Positions 8,568 to 18,065 of a stretch of DNA of 64,000 bases are shown piece after piece. Within the stretch, counting starts at the first letter, position 1; each line of letters opens with the position of its first letter. The notes under the pieces are model-generated. The model was not told where the DNA came from, made no database searches, and saw nothing but the letters and a program-made list of their open reading frames with translations. The DNA is from Chloroflexota bacterium (GTDB lineage: Bacteria > Chloroflexota > Anaerolineae > UBA4142): the NCBI GenBank assembly GCA_037440625.1, contig JBBITT010000017.1, positions 1,767 through 65,766 on the forward strand, given 5' to 3'. The translations under genes and the position numbers were made by a program.

Positions 8568-10016
8568 ATGAGGGCAATGGTTACTCCCAAGGATTGTTGC
8601 GTTTGTGCGATTATTGCGACCTTCAATCGGCGGGAACTCTTACGCCGATTGTTGAACTCGTTGGCGGTTCAGACCTTTCGCGATTTTGATGTCGTAGTCG
8701 TGGATAATGCTTCGACGGACGGAACTGCCGAGATGGTTCGTCGGGATTTCCCAGCCGTGCATCTGATCGCACTTGATCGCAACACTGGCGCAAGCGGCGG
8801 GAATAATGTCGGCTTGCGTTACGCAATAACGCAAGGTTATCGCTTTGGGTGGCTCTTGGACAATGATGCGGTTACCGAACCGACCACCCTCGCCAAACTG
8901 ATCGAAGTTGCCGAACACTATCCTCGCGCTGCGATGATCGCTTCCAAAATTCTGGTGTTGGATGGAAATGGGGCTTTAACTCAATGCATTCATGAAGTCG
9001 GCGGAGCGATTGATTGGTGGCATGGGGCATTGATCTCGTGTGGTAACGGCCAACTGGATGACCTAACATGCGCCAATACCTTCATCAATGCCGAATATGT
9101 TGCTATGACCTCGTTGTTGTTGCGGAGCGATATGTTGCGCCAGCATGGCTTGTTACGTGACGAGTTCTTTGTGTTTGGTGAAGATGTGGACCTCTCATTG
9201 CGTTATCGCCGGCGGGGTTATCCGGTGGGGGTTGCTTCCGCCTCGCGCGTCTGGCATTTACAAGGTGCGCACAAATCCACCACACCCCTTCGCGAGTATT
9301 ACACAGCACGCAACTATTCGTTTCTCTTTTGGGAAGCGGCACCCGGTCTATGCAAGATTCCCAGTTTGTTTCATCATCTCCGGCGCAGTCTCAATCTGAT
9401 GTTCACTTTTTGGCTGGATGGTCAGCTTGAATTTGCGCTGGCAATTTGGAATGCCATTGCCAGTTTTTATCGTCGTCAATGGTTGCCCTATCAGCCCACG
9501 TGGACCAGAGCCCAACCCAAGCGTACGCGCTTATCCGATTTATCTTTTGCAAAACAGATTTTGATTGTCGCGCGCAGTGGAATTCCCCAACTCACTGAAA
9601 CATTATCACGCGCACGCGCCGCGTTTCCGCAAAGTACGCTCGACGTTTTGTTGCTCCATGATTTTGGCGAACAAGTTGACTGGACAGCTCAAAGAGTCCG
9701 TCGTGTGTGGCGACGACCATCCGATTGGCGCGCCCAACTGTACCGTGTCTGGCAATTGGCACGCCAGCATTACGATCTGGCTATCCCTACCGATCCCGCC
9801 TTGACCTTGCTTTACGAGTCCACCGCGCGCTACATTCTCGAATGGCAGACCGAGGAATGGCAGATTCGGCAAGTCCATTGGGCACGCAAACTGAGCGAAC
9901 GTGTTTTGGCATCCTTGACAAGTTATCTGATTGCCATCGTGTTGATGCTCGCTCTTCCGTTGCGTGCGTTGCCCTCCCCAATACGCCGGTACCCCCGGCG
10001 AGGAGTGTGGCAATGA
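8568..10016 (+). CDS. Family-2 glycosyltransferase with long C-terminal extension
   Basis: AIIATFNRRELLRRLLNSLAVQTFRDFDVVVVDNASTDGT, LDNDA, FGEDVDL; ATG 8568 lies 2 nt after the Wzx stop. Confidence 0.8.
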   Translation: MRAMVTPKDCCVCAIIATFNRRELLRRLLNSLAVQTFRDFDVVVVDNASTDGTAEMVRRDFPAVHLIALDRNTGASGGNNVGLRYAITQGYRFGWLLDNDAVTEPTTLAKLIEVAEHYPRAAMIASKILVLDGNGALTQCIHEVGGAIDWWHGALISCGNGQLDDLTCANTFINAEYVAMTSLLLRSDMLRQHGLLRDEFFVFGEDVDLSLRYRRRGYPVGVASASRVWHLQGAHKSTTPLREYYTARNYSFLFWEAAPGLCKIPSLFHHLRRSLNLMFTFWLDGQLEFALAIWNAIASFYRRQWLPYQPTWTRAQPKRTRLSDLSFAKQILIVARSGIPQLTETLSRARAAFPQSTLDVLLLHDFGEQVDWTAQRVRRVWRRPSDWRAQLYRVWQLARQHYDLAIPTDPALTLLYESTARYILEWQTEEWQIRQVHWARKLSERVLASLTSYLIAIVLMLALPLRALPSPIRRYPRRGVWQ

Positions 10017-10639
10017 ACAAGGCATCGCAGCGGGACCAGCGTGTGACGCCCCTCCGCGTACTGGTCATTGATTTGGGATGTGGGCGCCAAAAAACGCCGG
10101 GAAGTTTTGGGGTGGATCAAGCCCCGTTGGAAAATGTTGACCTCGTGTGGAATCTGCTCGACTTTCCGTACCCTTTTGAATCCAACTCGGCAGAGCAGAT
10201 TATCTCACAACACACGCTCGAACATTTTGCGCCAGACGATGTGCTACGCATCCTTGCTGAAATCTACCGCGTGCTCAAGCCGGGCGGCACTCTGACCTTG
10301 ACATGTCCTCATGCTTTTAGTGTCGGCGCCATGCTCGATCCTACCCACAAATCATTTTGGACCTTTCGTTCCTTTGACTATTTTGATCGGCGCTATCCAT
10401 ATAGTTATTATGCCACAGCAGGATTTCATTTTGAGACGGTCGCACGCAAAGCATTCATCAACTTGTGGTTTCGCTGGGATCGCCCGCCGCGATGGAAACA
10501 ATGGATCAATGCGGCGCTCAGTCGAATGTTCAACTGGCTGCTTGCCCACAGTGAGACCTTGCCTGACGTACTCATCAAAGTGTTGCCTTTCTATCGCGTG
10601 GATATTTTTGTTACGTTGAGAAAAGGGGGAGATGACTAA
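10013..10639 (+). CDS. Class I SAM-dependent methyltransferase
   Basis: VLVIDLGCGRQK (motif I), VLKPGGTLTL; ATGA overlap with the upstream GT2 stop. Confidence 0.7.
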   Translation: MNKASQRDQRVTPLRVLVIDLGCGRQKTPGSFGVDQAPLENVDLVWNLLDFPYPFESNSAEQIISQHTLEHFAPDDVLRILAEIYRVLKPGGTLTLTCPHAFSVGAMLDPTHKSFWTFRSFDYFDRRYPYSYYATAGFHFETVARKAFINLWFRWDRPPRWKQWINAALSRMFNWLLAHSETLPDVLIKVLPFYRVDIFVTLRKGGDD

Positions 10640-11537
10640 CCCGCTCGTCTCCATTGTCATCATCACGCGCCAGCGTCCGCATCTCATCGGCAATTGTGTG
10701 CAACACGTCTTGGCGCAGGATTATGCACCATTCGAAATCATCGTCGTGGATGCTTCTGAGGATGATGCCACAGCGCGCGCGCTCTCCAACGATGCACGCG
10801 TACGTTATGTGCATCTGGAAAATGCCGCGCATCAAATTCCGCGCTCGCGCAATGAAGGCATTCGCCACAGTCACGGCGACATCATCGCCTTTATTGATGA
10901 CGATAGTCTGGTTCAGCCCGGCTGGTTGCGACATCTCGTTGCCAATTACACCTCGCCACACGTTGGCGGCGTGGGCGGCTTGGTGTTGGCACCGGGCGAA
11001 GCGGTGCGAACAAGTGGCACGCTTCCACACATCACGCCTACCGGCTCGGTGCTGGGCGATTTCAACATTCAAACCAAGCCGGTACCGGTGGGTCATTTAC
11101 GCGGATGCAATATGTCGTTCACACGTCAAGCGCTGGAGGCAGTCGGCGGCTTTGATGTTCGGCTCGATCAATCCAACTTTCGCGATGAAACGGATGTGTG
11201 TGTGAGCGTTCGCCGCCTGGGTTTTCAACTCCTTTACGATTCAAAGGTTGCGGTGATCCACTTGTATTCGGCGAAAGATGGTTTTCAACGCGACGAGTGG
11301 CAAGACCCGTCACATTATTTTTCGATTACCAAAAACATCACCTACTTTCGGCTCAAACATTTCTTCTCGCTCCAGACTTTGCTGGCTGTGTTTATCGGCG
11401 CACCCATTCTGACAGCAATCACCAACGTGCGTCGCTATGGCGCGCGCGGCGGCTTGTTGATCTGGAACGACTGGCGCGGGCGCCTTGCCGGCTGGCAAAC
11501 TTTTTTCGAATATCGTCGGTCAAAGCACAATGCCTAA
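10632..11537 (+). CDS. Family-2 glycosyltransferase
   Basis: VSIVIITRQRPHLIGNCVQHVLAQDYAPFEIIVVDAS, IAFIDDDS, GCNMSF. Confidence 0.8.
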   Translation: MTNPLVSIVIITRQRPHLIGNCVQHVLAQDYAPFEIIVVDASEDDATARALSNDARVRYVHLENAAHQIPRSRNEGIRHSHGDIIAFIDDDSLVQPGWLRHLVANYTSPHVGGVGGLVLAPGEAVRTSGTLPHITPTGSVLGDFNIQTKPVPVGHLRGCNMSFTRQALEAVGGFDVRLDQSNFRDETDVCVSVRRLGFQLLYDSKVAVIHLYSAKDGFQRDEWQDPSHYFSITKNITYFRLKHFFSLQTLLAVFIGAPILTAITNVRRYGARGGLLIWNDWRGRLAGWQTFFEYRRSKHNA

Positions 11538-12402
11538 ACGCGCATTCCTCTCGGTGGTCATTGCCACCTTTCAACGTGAGACGCTCTTGCGCGAAACCAT
11601 CGCCGATGCGTTGGCGCAAGAGTATCCGGCTTTTGAAATCATCGTCGTTGATCAATCGCCAACGCCGATCACCCATCTCGACGCGCGCGTACGGGTGATT
11701 CCAACGCAACCGCCGCATCTGCCGCGCGCGCGCAACCTCGGTGTGCGTGCCGCGCGCGGCGAGATGGTTGTGTTGGTGGACGACGACGTGGCGCTACCGC
11801 CCAATTTTTTGGCGATGCACGCGCAGTGCTATGCCGATGCGCGCGTGGGCGGTGTGGCGGGACGCGTAATTCTCGATCCCAATCCGGCGCGCCCACTCGT
11901 TGCGCCGCCAGCCACCGGGATTGATTTTGATCGCGCGCAACCCGGCAACGTTCCTTTTGCGCGCGGATGCAATATGTCGTTTCGGCGCGCGGCACTGCAC
12001 CAAGCCGGCTTGTTCGATGAACATTTTTCGGCGATTGCGTGGAGCGAGGAAGAAGATCTGTGTTTCGGCATCCGCCGCCTGGGTTTTCAGATTCGATTCG
12101 AACCACGCGCGTGGCTCATTCATCGTCAAGCCCGCACGGGCGGAATGCGTACTCAGAGGCAAGCACCAGCCGACCGCGCCGATTTTTATCGCGACCGAGT
12201 TTATTTCGCGCTCAAAAATGTCGGCGGATCCGATTTTTGGCGCGTGTTGGGGGATGCGTATCGCCATGCATTGCCGCCGCGCGCGCACGGCGCGCAAATT
12301 GTCCAACGTCAATTCACATGGCTGCGTGGTTCGTTGAACGGACTGGTTCACTTTGTTCGCTATGCTAAACGCCAACGCCCGTTGCCGTATCGGATCGAAT
12401 AA
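11530..12402 (+). CDS. Family-2 glycosyltransferase (paralogue of 10632..11537)
   Basis: LSVVIATFQRETLL...EYPAFEIIVVDQS, VVLVDDDV, GCNMSF; ATG 11530 overlaps the upstream stop. Confidence 0.8.
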   Translation: MPKRAFLSVVIATFQRETLLRETIADALAQEYPAFEIIVVDQSPTPITHLDARVRVIPTQPPHLPRARNLGVRAARGEMVVLVDDDVALPPNFLAMHAQCYADARVGGVAGRVILDPNPARPLVAPPATGIDFDRAQPGNVPFARGCNMSFRRAALHQAGLFDEHFSAIAWSEEEDLCFGIRRLGFQIRFEPRAWLIHRQARTGGMRTQRQAPADRADFYRDRVYFALKNVGGSDFWRVLGDAYRHALPPRAHGAQIVQRQFTWLRGSLNGLVHFVRYAKRQRPLPYRIE

Positions 12403-12404
12403 AA

Positions 12405-13499
12405 ATGAAGCCACGTCTCGCCATCGTCAGTACCGGCATTCGCGGCGATCTGATCGCGCCACTGAAATATTTTTCCCAGTTCGATCTCGTTCATCTCTAT
12501 CGCTTCGCCGAGTATGGCGATCTTGCCGATGCCGATTTCGATGCTACGTTGCGGCAGTATCACTCGCCGCGCGATCTCTATCGTCAACTCATTGCGACGC
12601 ATGCAAATGTGATTCAAGGCGTCGAACCGTTTTCGCTGGCGCTCCAACCGTACTTGTGGGCGTGTTATTTTGCGGCGCGCAGAATCGGCGCACGCTTGCT
12701 TGCGGTAACGCTCGAAAATCGCCCGCTCGAAATTAAATTCGGCCGTGTTCTTGCCGTTGCGTTGCGCGCGCTGTTGCGCATCTATTTTGCACGCGCGTGC
12801 CTCATCATCGTCTTGAACGAAGGTGCGCGCCAAAATGTTTTATCTTGCGGTGTCGCGTGGCGTCGCATCGAAAAAATGATGTGGGGCACGTGGGGCGTGG
12901 AGGTCAACGAATTTTCGCCGGGCGCACGCGCGCGCTCAATGCCCACCATTCTCTTTGCCGGGCGACTCCACGCCGAGAAAGGGATTTTTGTTTTGCTCGA
13001 TGCGTTCGCGCGCGTGCGCCCGCAGATGCCCAATGCGCGTTTGGTGATCGTGGGTGATGGTCCCGCACGTTCACAAATCGAAAAGCGCGCGCGTGAATTT
13101 GGTGACGCCATCACGCTCACCGGCGTTGTCAAACATCGTGCGATGCCGGAAATTTTTCGCGCCGCCGATGTGTTGGTGATGCCTTCGCTCACCACGCGCA
13201 AATGGGCAGAGCAAGTGGGCATGGTGGCGTTGCAAGCGCTGGCATCCGGCGTGCCGATTGTTGCTACCCAAAGCGGCGCGATTCCGGACTATGTGCCGGC
13301 AAATGCTGGCGTGCTTGTGCCGGAAAACGATGCGCCCGCCCTCGCCGATGCGCTGATTGAAATGTTGCGCAACCCAGAGCGCCGTACACCGTTCAGTCGC
13401 GCCGCGCGCGAGTATGCGGTTGAACATTACGATGCGCGCAAAAATATCGCGCGCGCCGAACAGGTTTTGTTGGAGCGGTGTGGTGCGAATCGCGTTTGA
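12405..13499 (+). CDS. GT4-type (GT-B fold) glycosyltransferase
   Basis: C-terminal half ILFAGRLHAEKG...VIVGDGP...DVLVMPS...EQVGMVALQALASGVPIVA. Confidence 0.75.
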   Translation: MKPRLAIVSTGIRGDLIAPLKYFSQFDLVHLYRFAEYGDLADADFDATLRQYHSPRDLYRQLIATHANVIQGVEPFSLALQPYLWACYFAARRIGARLLAVTLENRPLEIKFGRVLAVALRALLRIYFARACLIIVLNEGARQNVLSCGVAWRRIEKMMWGTWGVEVNEFSPGARARSMPTILFAGRLHAEKGIFVLLDAFARVRPQMPNARLVIVGDGPARSQIEKRAREFGDAITLTGVVKHRAMPEIFRAADVLVMPSLTTRKWAEQVGMVALQALASGVPIVATQSGAIPDYVPANAGVLVPENDAPALADALIEMLRNPERRTPFSRAAREYAVEHYDARKNIARAEQVLLERCGANRV

Positions 13500-14532
13500 T
13501 GCGAGTTCGATGCGCGGCGCAAAAACCGGCATCGGCGTGTACACCGAGAATTTGATTCGCGCCTTGCGCCGCTTTGCGCCCGAGATCGAAATGATTGAAC
13601 TGGATGATGGGACCACCGCGCATCAGCGAACTGATCGCCGCATCATCCGCGAGCAAATCGGTTTGCCGCGTCTTGCGCGCCAAGCGCGTGCCGATGTGTT
13701 GCATCTGACCGGTTTTGCTGCGCCGGTTCGCGCGCCGATGCCGGTGGTGCTGACCGTGATGGATTTGATTGGGGTATTGTTTGCGGCAAACTTTCCGCCG
13801 ATCGCGCGTTTTTACTGGAGTCGTTATCTGCCGTTCACGTTGCGTTTTCCGGCGCATTTGATTACACTTTCGGAACACACACGGCAAGATATTGTGCGCT
13901 TGACCAAGATTCCGGCGGCGCGGGTGTGGGTCATTCCGCCGGGACGCGATGAAAAATTTCGGCCCATCGAAAATGTCCGCGCCAAGGTGGCGTTGCCGGA
14001 AAACTTCTTTCTCTTTGTCAGCACCCTTGAGCCGCGTAAAGGCGTGGACACATTGATCGCCGCGTTTGCGCGCGCGGCAAACACCCTTGCCGAAGATTTG
14101 GTGATTGTGGGAAAACGCGGCTGGGACGCCGAAAAATTTTTTGCCCAAGTTGAACGCGAAGGATTATCCGCGCGCGTACATTTTCTCGATTATGTTGCCG
14201 ATGAGGAAATGCCAGCGGTGTACAATTTGGCGCGTGCGCTGGTGTTTCCTTCGCGGTATGAAGGGTTTGGGTTGCCGCTGCTCGAAGCGATGGCGTGTGG
14301 GACACCGGTGATTTGTTCCAACGCGGCGTCGTTGCCGGAAGTCGTGGGCGATGCCGGGGTCTTGCTTACGCCAAACGATGTGGATGGCTTTGCTCAAACG
14401 ATGGTGCGCCTCGCGCGCGATGAGTCTTGGCGCAACGAATTGCGCGAACGGGGTTTGCGCCAAGCGCAAAAATTTTCGTGGGAGCATGCGGCGCGCAAGA
14501 TGATAGAGGTGTACGCCCAAGTGATGACGTAG
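13480..14532 (+). CDS. GT4 glycosyltransferase
   Basis: [58 protein letters not shown]; GTG start overlaps the upstream gene end. Confidence 0.8.
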   Translation: MVRIAFDASSMRGAKTGIGVYTENLIRALRRFAPEIEMIELDDGTTAHQRTDRRIIREQIGLPRLARQARADVLHLTGFAAPVRAPMPVVLTVMDLIGVLFAANFPPIARFYWSRYLPFTLRFPAHLITLSEHTRQDIVRLTKIPAARVWVIPPGRDEKFRPIENVRAKVALPENFFLFVSTLEPRKGVDTLIAAFARAANTLAEDLVIVGKRGWDAEKFFAQVEREGLSARVHFLDYVADEEMPAVYNLARALVFPSRYEGFGLPLLEAMACGTPVICSNAASLPEVVGDAGVLLTPNDVDGFAQTMVRLARDESWRNELRERGLRQAQKFSWEHAARKMIEVYAQVMT

Positions 14533-14548
14533 GACAAATTTGTCCTAC
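14529..14548. repeat. Perfect 20-nt palindrome GTAGGACAAATTTGTCCTAC
   Basis: Covers the TAG stop of the GT4 gene; a related copy with a 7-nt duplication is at 42034..42060. Confidence 0.6.
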
Positions 14549-14567
14549 CTTTTCGAGAGAGCCGAAC

Positions 14568-15839
14568 TTGCAAATCTGTTTCGATATTTCGCCCGCCGTG
14601 CATCGCCATGCCGGGTTGGGACGGTACGCGCACGAACTCTTGTCCGCGTTGCTGACCCAGAATCAGACAAACGAATATATCGCGTTGTACAACTCGCCGC
14701 GGGCCGATCTGAGACCGGCAGCGCCACTGGATCGCTTGCCAACGCAACGGGTTCCGTTAGACGCCAAGCCGTGGCGAATGAGTGTGTGGTTGGCGCACGT
14801 GTTCAATCTTGGAATGGATCGCTGGTTGCCGCGTTGCGATGTGTTCCACGCCACCGATCATCTCTTGCCACCTTTCAAACACGCCAAAACCGTGTTCACG
14901 TTGCACGATTTGATCTTTCGCTTTTATCCCGAATATCACTTGCCGCTCAATCGGTGGTTTCTCACCATGGCGGTTCCACATTTTCTTCATCGTGCGGATG
15001 CGATCATCGCGGTGTCGGAATGCACCAAGCGCGACGCTGTGCGTTTGTACAACATCGCGCCGGAAAAAATTGCGGTCATTTACGAAGGTGTCAACCCAAC
15101 CTTGCAACCAGTAACCGATTCGAATCGTCTGGCTGAGATACGCGTGCGCTATGCCCGGCAACAACCGTTTATCCTTTTGGTCAGCACGATCGAACCGCGC
15201 AAAAATATTTCTGCGCTGGTGGACGCGTTGAAAATTTTGCGCGCGCGCGGTTTGCCGCATCGTTTGTTGATCGCTGGGCGCAAGGGGTGGCTCTATCAAC
15301 CCATCTTCGATCACGTCAAACAAGCCGGGATGAGTGAGGCGGTGGATTTCTTGGATTTTGTGCCGGATGATGATTTAGCGGCGTTGTTATCGGCGTGCGA
15401 TGGGTTTGTGTTTCCATCGTTGTACGAGGGCTTTGGCTTGCCGCCGCTCGAAGCGATGGCGTGCGGTGCGCCAGTGATTTGCGCCAACACGTCATCGTTG
15501 CCCGAAGTGGTGGGCGATGCCGCATTGTTGGTCAACCCGCGCAACATCGGCGAGATGGCGAATGCGATTGAGCGCGTGATCACAGATTCGATGTTACGCG
15601 ACACATTGCGCGCGAAAGGTTTAGTGCAAGCGAAAAAATTTTCGTGGGAGCGCGCGGCGCGCGAGACGCTCGCCGTCTATGAACGTGTGATAGTACCTTC
15701 CCACTTGAATCAGTGCACAAAAACCAAGGGTTCTTCATCCACGAAGGACACGAAGGTCAAGAAGAAGAAAACTATTTTTCGCGTTTCTTCGTGTGCTTCG
15801 TGGAAAAAAATCTGTTCAGTTTCGGCTTGTCCGAGTTAG
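14568..15839 (+). CDS. GT4 glycosyltransferase with an about 49-aa C-terminal tail encoded by a hairpin repeat
   Basis: TTG start LQICFDISPAVHRHAGLGRYAHE; FPSLYEGFGLPPLEAMACGAPVICAN; similarity to the other GT4 C-termini ends at AVYERVI (about nt 15692), then the frame reads through element 15739..15803. Confidence 0.75.
   Translation: MQICFDISPAVHRHAGLGRYAHELLSALLTQNQTNEYIALYNSPRADLRPAAPLDRLPTQRVPLDAKPWRMSVWLAHVFNLGMDRWLPRCDVFHATDHLLPPFKHAKTVFTLHDLIFRFYPEYHLPLNRWFLTMAVPHFLHRADAIIAVSECTKRDAVRLYNIAPEKIAVIYEGVNPTLQPVTDSNRLAEIRVRYARQQPFILLVSTIEPRKNISALVDALKILRARGLPHRLLIAGRKGWLYQPIFDHVKQAGMSEAVDFLDFVPDDDLAALLSACDGFVFPSLYEGFGLPPLEAMACGAPVICANTSSLPEVVGDAALLVNPRNIGEMANAIERVITDSMLRDTLRAKGLVQAKKFSWERAARETLAVYERVIVPSHLNQCTKTKGSSSTKDTKVKKKKTIFRVSSCASWKKICSVSACPS
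15739..15803. repeat. Imperfect inverted-repeat element (GAAGGACACGAAG family)
   Basis: ccacgaaggacacgaagg ... cttcgtgtgcttcgtgg, one mismatch; related arms at 18011..18046 and 38451..38519. Confidence 0.6.
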
Positions 15840-15847
15840 GGATAAGT

Positions 15848-16945
15848 ATGTTGCGAATCGTACTCGATGCGCGCTGTGCGACGACGCACTTTCCCGGCAT
15901 CGGACGCTATATCGTTAATCTGGCATGCGGATTGCACGCGCTTGCGCCGGAACTGGATTTGTGTTTGCTCGTGGATTCATCGGCGCGCGGCGGAATGCCT
16001 TTGCCGGCGTTGCCGCAAATCGAATGCGATGTCTCGCCGTTTTCGCTTAGCCAGCAATGGCGTGTGCCGCTCGCTTTGCGCCGCGCGGGCGCGACCCTGT
16101 ATCACAGTCCATACTATGGGATGCCGTACGCGCCCGGCGTGCCATCGGTTTTCACGTGCTATGATTTCATCCCCTTACTTTTGCCGGCGTACTTTTCCGC
16201 CGCGCAACGATTCATTTATCGGTTGGCACATTGGCTGGCATTGCACGCGACGCGTGGCGTGATTACGATTTCAGAAACCACCCGCGCTGACCTCGCTCGC
16301 TTTTTCGATTTGAAGCAACGCCGTGTAGTTGTAACGCCGCTCGCGCCCGATTCACATTTTGCGCCACCCACGCATTCGGCGATTGAGGCGGTGCGCCAGA
16401 AATATAATTTGCCGAATGAGTATGTGTTATACTTGGGCAGCAACAAGCCGCACAAGAATCTGCCGCTGCTGGTCCGGGCATTTGCGCAATCGGCGATTGC
16501 CCACCAGACGACGTTGGTGATTGCCGGTCAATGGGATGTCCGTTATCCGGACGCGCAAAACATCGCGGCGAAAACCTCGGCGCGGATTTTGTTTTTGGGT
16601 GCCGTTGCGGAGGCTGATTTGCCGGCGTTGTACGGCGGCGCAACGTTGTTTGTGTTTCCCTCGCAGTACGAAGGATTTGGTTTGCCGCCGCTCGAAGCGA
16701 TGGCGTGCGGTACGCCGGTGGCGTGCAGCCACATTCCCAGTTTGCACGATGTGGTGGGCGAGGCGGGCGCGTTTTTCGATTTGAACGTGAACGCGGTGCA
16801 AACCACCTTGGAACATCTTTTGAGCGATGCTGGCTGGCGCAAACGTTTGCGCGAGCGTGGTCTAGCACGCGCGGCGCAATTTTCATGGGAGCAGACCGCA
16901 CGCAAAACGTTGCAAATTTATCGAGACATCCTAGGTGAAAAATGA
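15848..16945 (+). CDS. GT4 glycosyltransferase
   Basis: [59 protein letters not shown]. Confidence 0.8.
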   Translation: MLRIVLDARCATTHFPGIGRYIVNLACGLHALAPELDLCLLVDSSARGGMPLPALPQIECDVSPFSLSQQWRVPLALRRAGATLYHSPYYGMPYAPGVPSVFTCYDFIPLLLPAYFSAAQRFIYRLAHWLALHATRGVITISETTRADLARFFDLKQRRVVVTPLAPDSHFAPPTHSAIEAVRQKYNLPNEYVLYLGSNKPHKNLPLLVRAFAQSAIAHQTTLVIAGQWDVRYPDAQNIAAKTSARILFLGAVAEADLPALYGGATLFVFPSQYEGFGLPPLEAMACGTPVACSHIPSLHDVVGEAGAFFDLNVNAVQTTLEHLLSDAGWRKRLRERGLARAAQFSWEQTARKTLQIYRDILGEK

Positions 16946-17991
16946 GCGAACAAATTCGATTTGGTTTGATTGGTTGTGGACGGGTCTCCCCTCGACACGT
17001 GCAATCTATCGCCGAGTTAGAGGGCGCGCGGCTGGTTGCCGTTGCCGATGTGATTGCATCCCGCGCCGAGCGAGTTGCCAAAGAGCAACGCGCGGAAGCG
17101 TACACGGATTATCGGCGAATGTTGGAACGCAACGATATTGATGTGATCAATATTTGCACGCCGAGCGGAATGCACGCGCCAATGACGATTGAGGCACTCC
17201 AAGCCGGCAAACATGTCATTGTGGAAAAACCGATGGCGTTGAATTTGCCCGACGCGGATCGGATGATCGCCACCGCGCGCGCAACCGGGAAAAAGCTGTG
17301 CGTGGTGTTGCAAAATCGCTACAATCCGCCGATGCTTGATCTGCGGCGCGTGGTGGATGAAAATCGGTTGGGCAAACTTTTGCTGGGGAATGCCACAGTG
17401 CGTTGGTATCGTCCGCAAGAATATTACGAGGATGGCTGGCACGGGACGTGGGCGATGGATGGCGGCGCGCTGATGAATCAGTCTATTCATCACATTGATG
17501 CGTTGCAATGGTTGATGGGCGAAGTCGAAAGTGTGTTTGCGTACACGGCGACGCTGGCGCACAAAATGCAAGCCGAAGATATTGGCGTCGCAACGCTTCG
17601 CTTTGTAAGTGGCGCGCTCGGTGTGGTAGAAGGTTCGACCGTGACGTACCCGGAAAATTTGGAAGGGTCGGTGGCGTTGTTTGGTGAACGCGGCTCGGTG
17701 AAGGTGGGCGGCACGGCGTTGAATCGCAAAGTGTTTTGGAAAATCGAAGGGGAGTTGGAACACGAACGCGAATTGTTGACCCGTGATCAGGTGGATCCGC
17801 CCTCGGTGTATGGGTATAGCCACAAAGCCGTGATTGCCGATATGCTCCAAGCCATCCTCGAAAATCGTGAACCCAAGACGAATGGCTACGCGGCACGCAA
17901 ATCGGTGGCGTTGGTGTTGGCGATGTACGAATCGGCGCGGACGGGCAAGCCGGTGAATATGCGTGATGGGATTTGGAACGGCGCGGCTTAA
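16942..17991 (+). CDS. Gfo/Idh/MocA-family NAD-dependent sugar oxidoreductase (WbpB/WlbA-like)
   Basis: IRFGLIGCGRVSPRH, VINICTPSGMHAPM, GKHVIVEKPMAL; ATGA overlap with the upstream GT4. Confidence 0.75.
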   Translation: MSEQIRFGLIGCGRVSPRHVQSIAELEGARLVAVADVIASRAERVAKEQRAEAYTDYRRMLERNDIDVINICTPSGMHAPMTIEALQAGKHVIVEKPMALNLPDADRMIATARATGKKLCVVLQNRYNPPMLDLRRVVDENRLGKLLLGNATVRWYRPQEYYEDGWHGTWAMDGGALMNQSIHHIDALQWLMGEVESVFAYTATLAHKMQAEDIGVATLRFVSGALGVVEGSTVTYPENLEGSVALFGERGSVKVGGTALNRKVFWKIEGELEHERELLTRDQVDPPSVYGYSHKAVIADMLQAILENREPKTNGYAARKSVALVLAMYESARTGKPVNMRDGIWNGAA

Positions 17992-18010
17992 ACGGCAAGT
18001 CGCAAATCTA

Positions 18011-18046
18011 CCACCGAGGACACAGAGAACCTTTTTCTGTGTTCTC
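18011..18046. repeat. Degenerate member of the GAGGACAC-AGAGAAC hairpin family
   Basis: ccaccgaggacacagagaac-ctttt-tctgtgttctc in a 74-nt intergenic gap. Confidence 0.4.
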
Positions 18047-18065
18047 ATTGGCTAAAATTCCTTGA

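Noticed and set aside
15739-15803. The hairpin elements at 15739, 18011 and 38451 as canonical rho-independent terminators.
   Set aside because: None is followed by a T tract on the coding strand, because the T or A runs lie in the loop or on the wrong side. They sit inside apparently polycistronic blocks, so they are reported as repeats of unknown role.
17017-18048. 343-aa ORF antisense to the Gfo/Idh/MocA oxidoreductase. Similar long antisense ORFs lie at 45928..47142 opposite rel, 61941..62948 opposite panE, 6302..7024 opposite udk, 16263..17105, 25008..25685, 11794..12414 and 13393..14148.
   Set aside because: All of them mirror a sense-strand gene with clear family motifs. Their products are Arg/His/Gln-rich low-complexity sequences without recognisable motifs, typical of shadow ORFs in GC-rich DNA.
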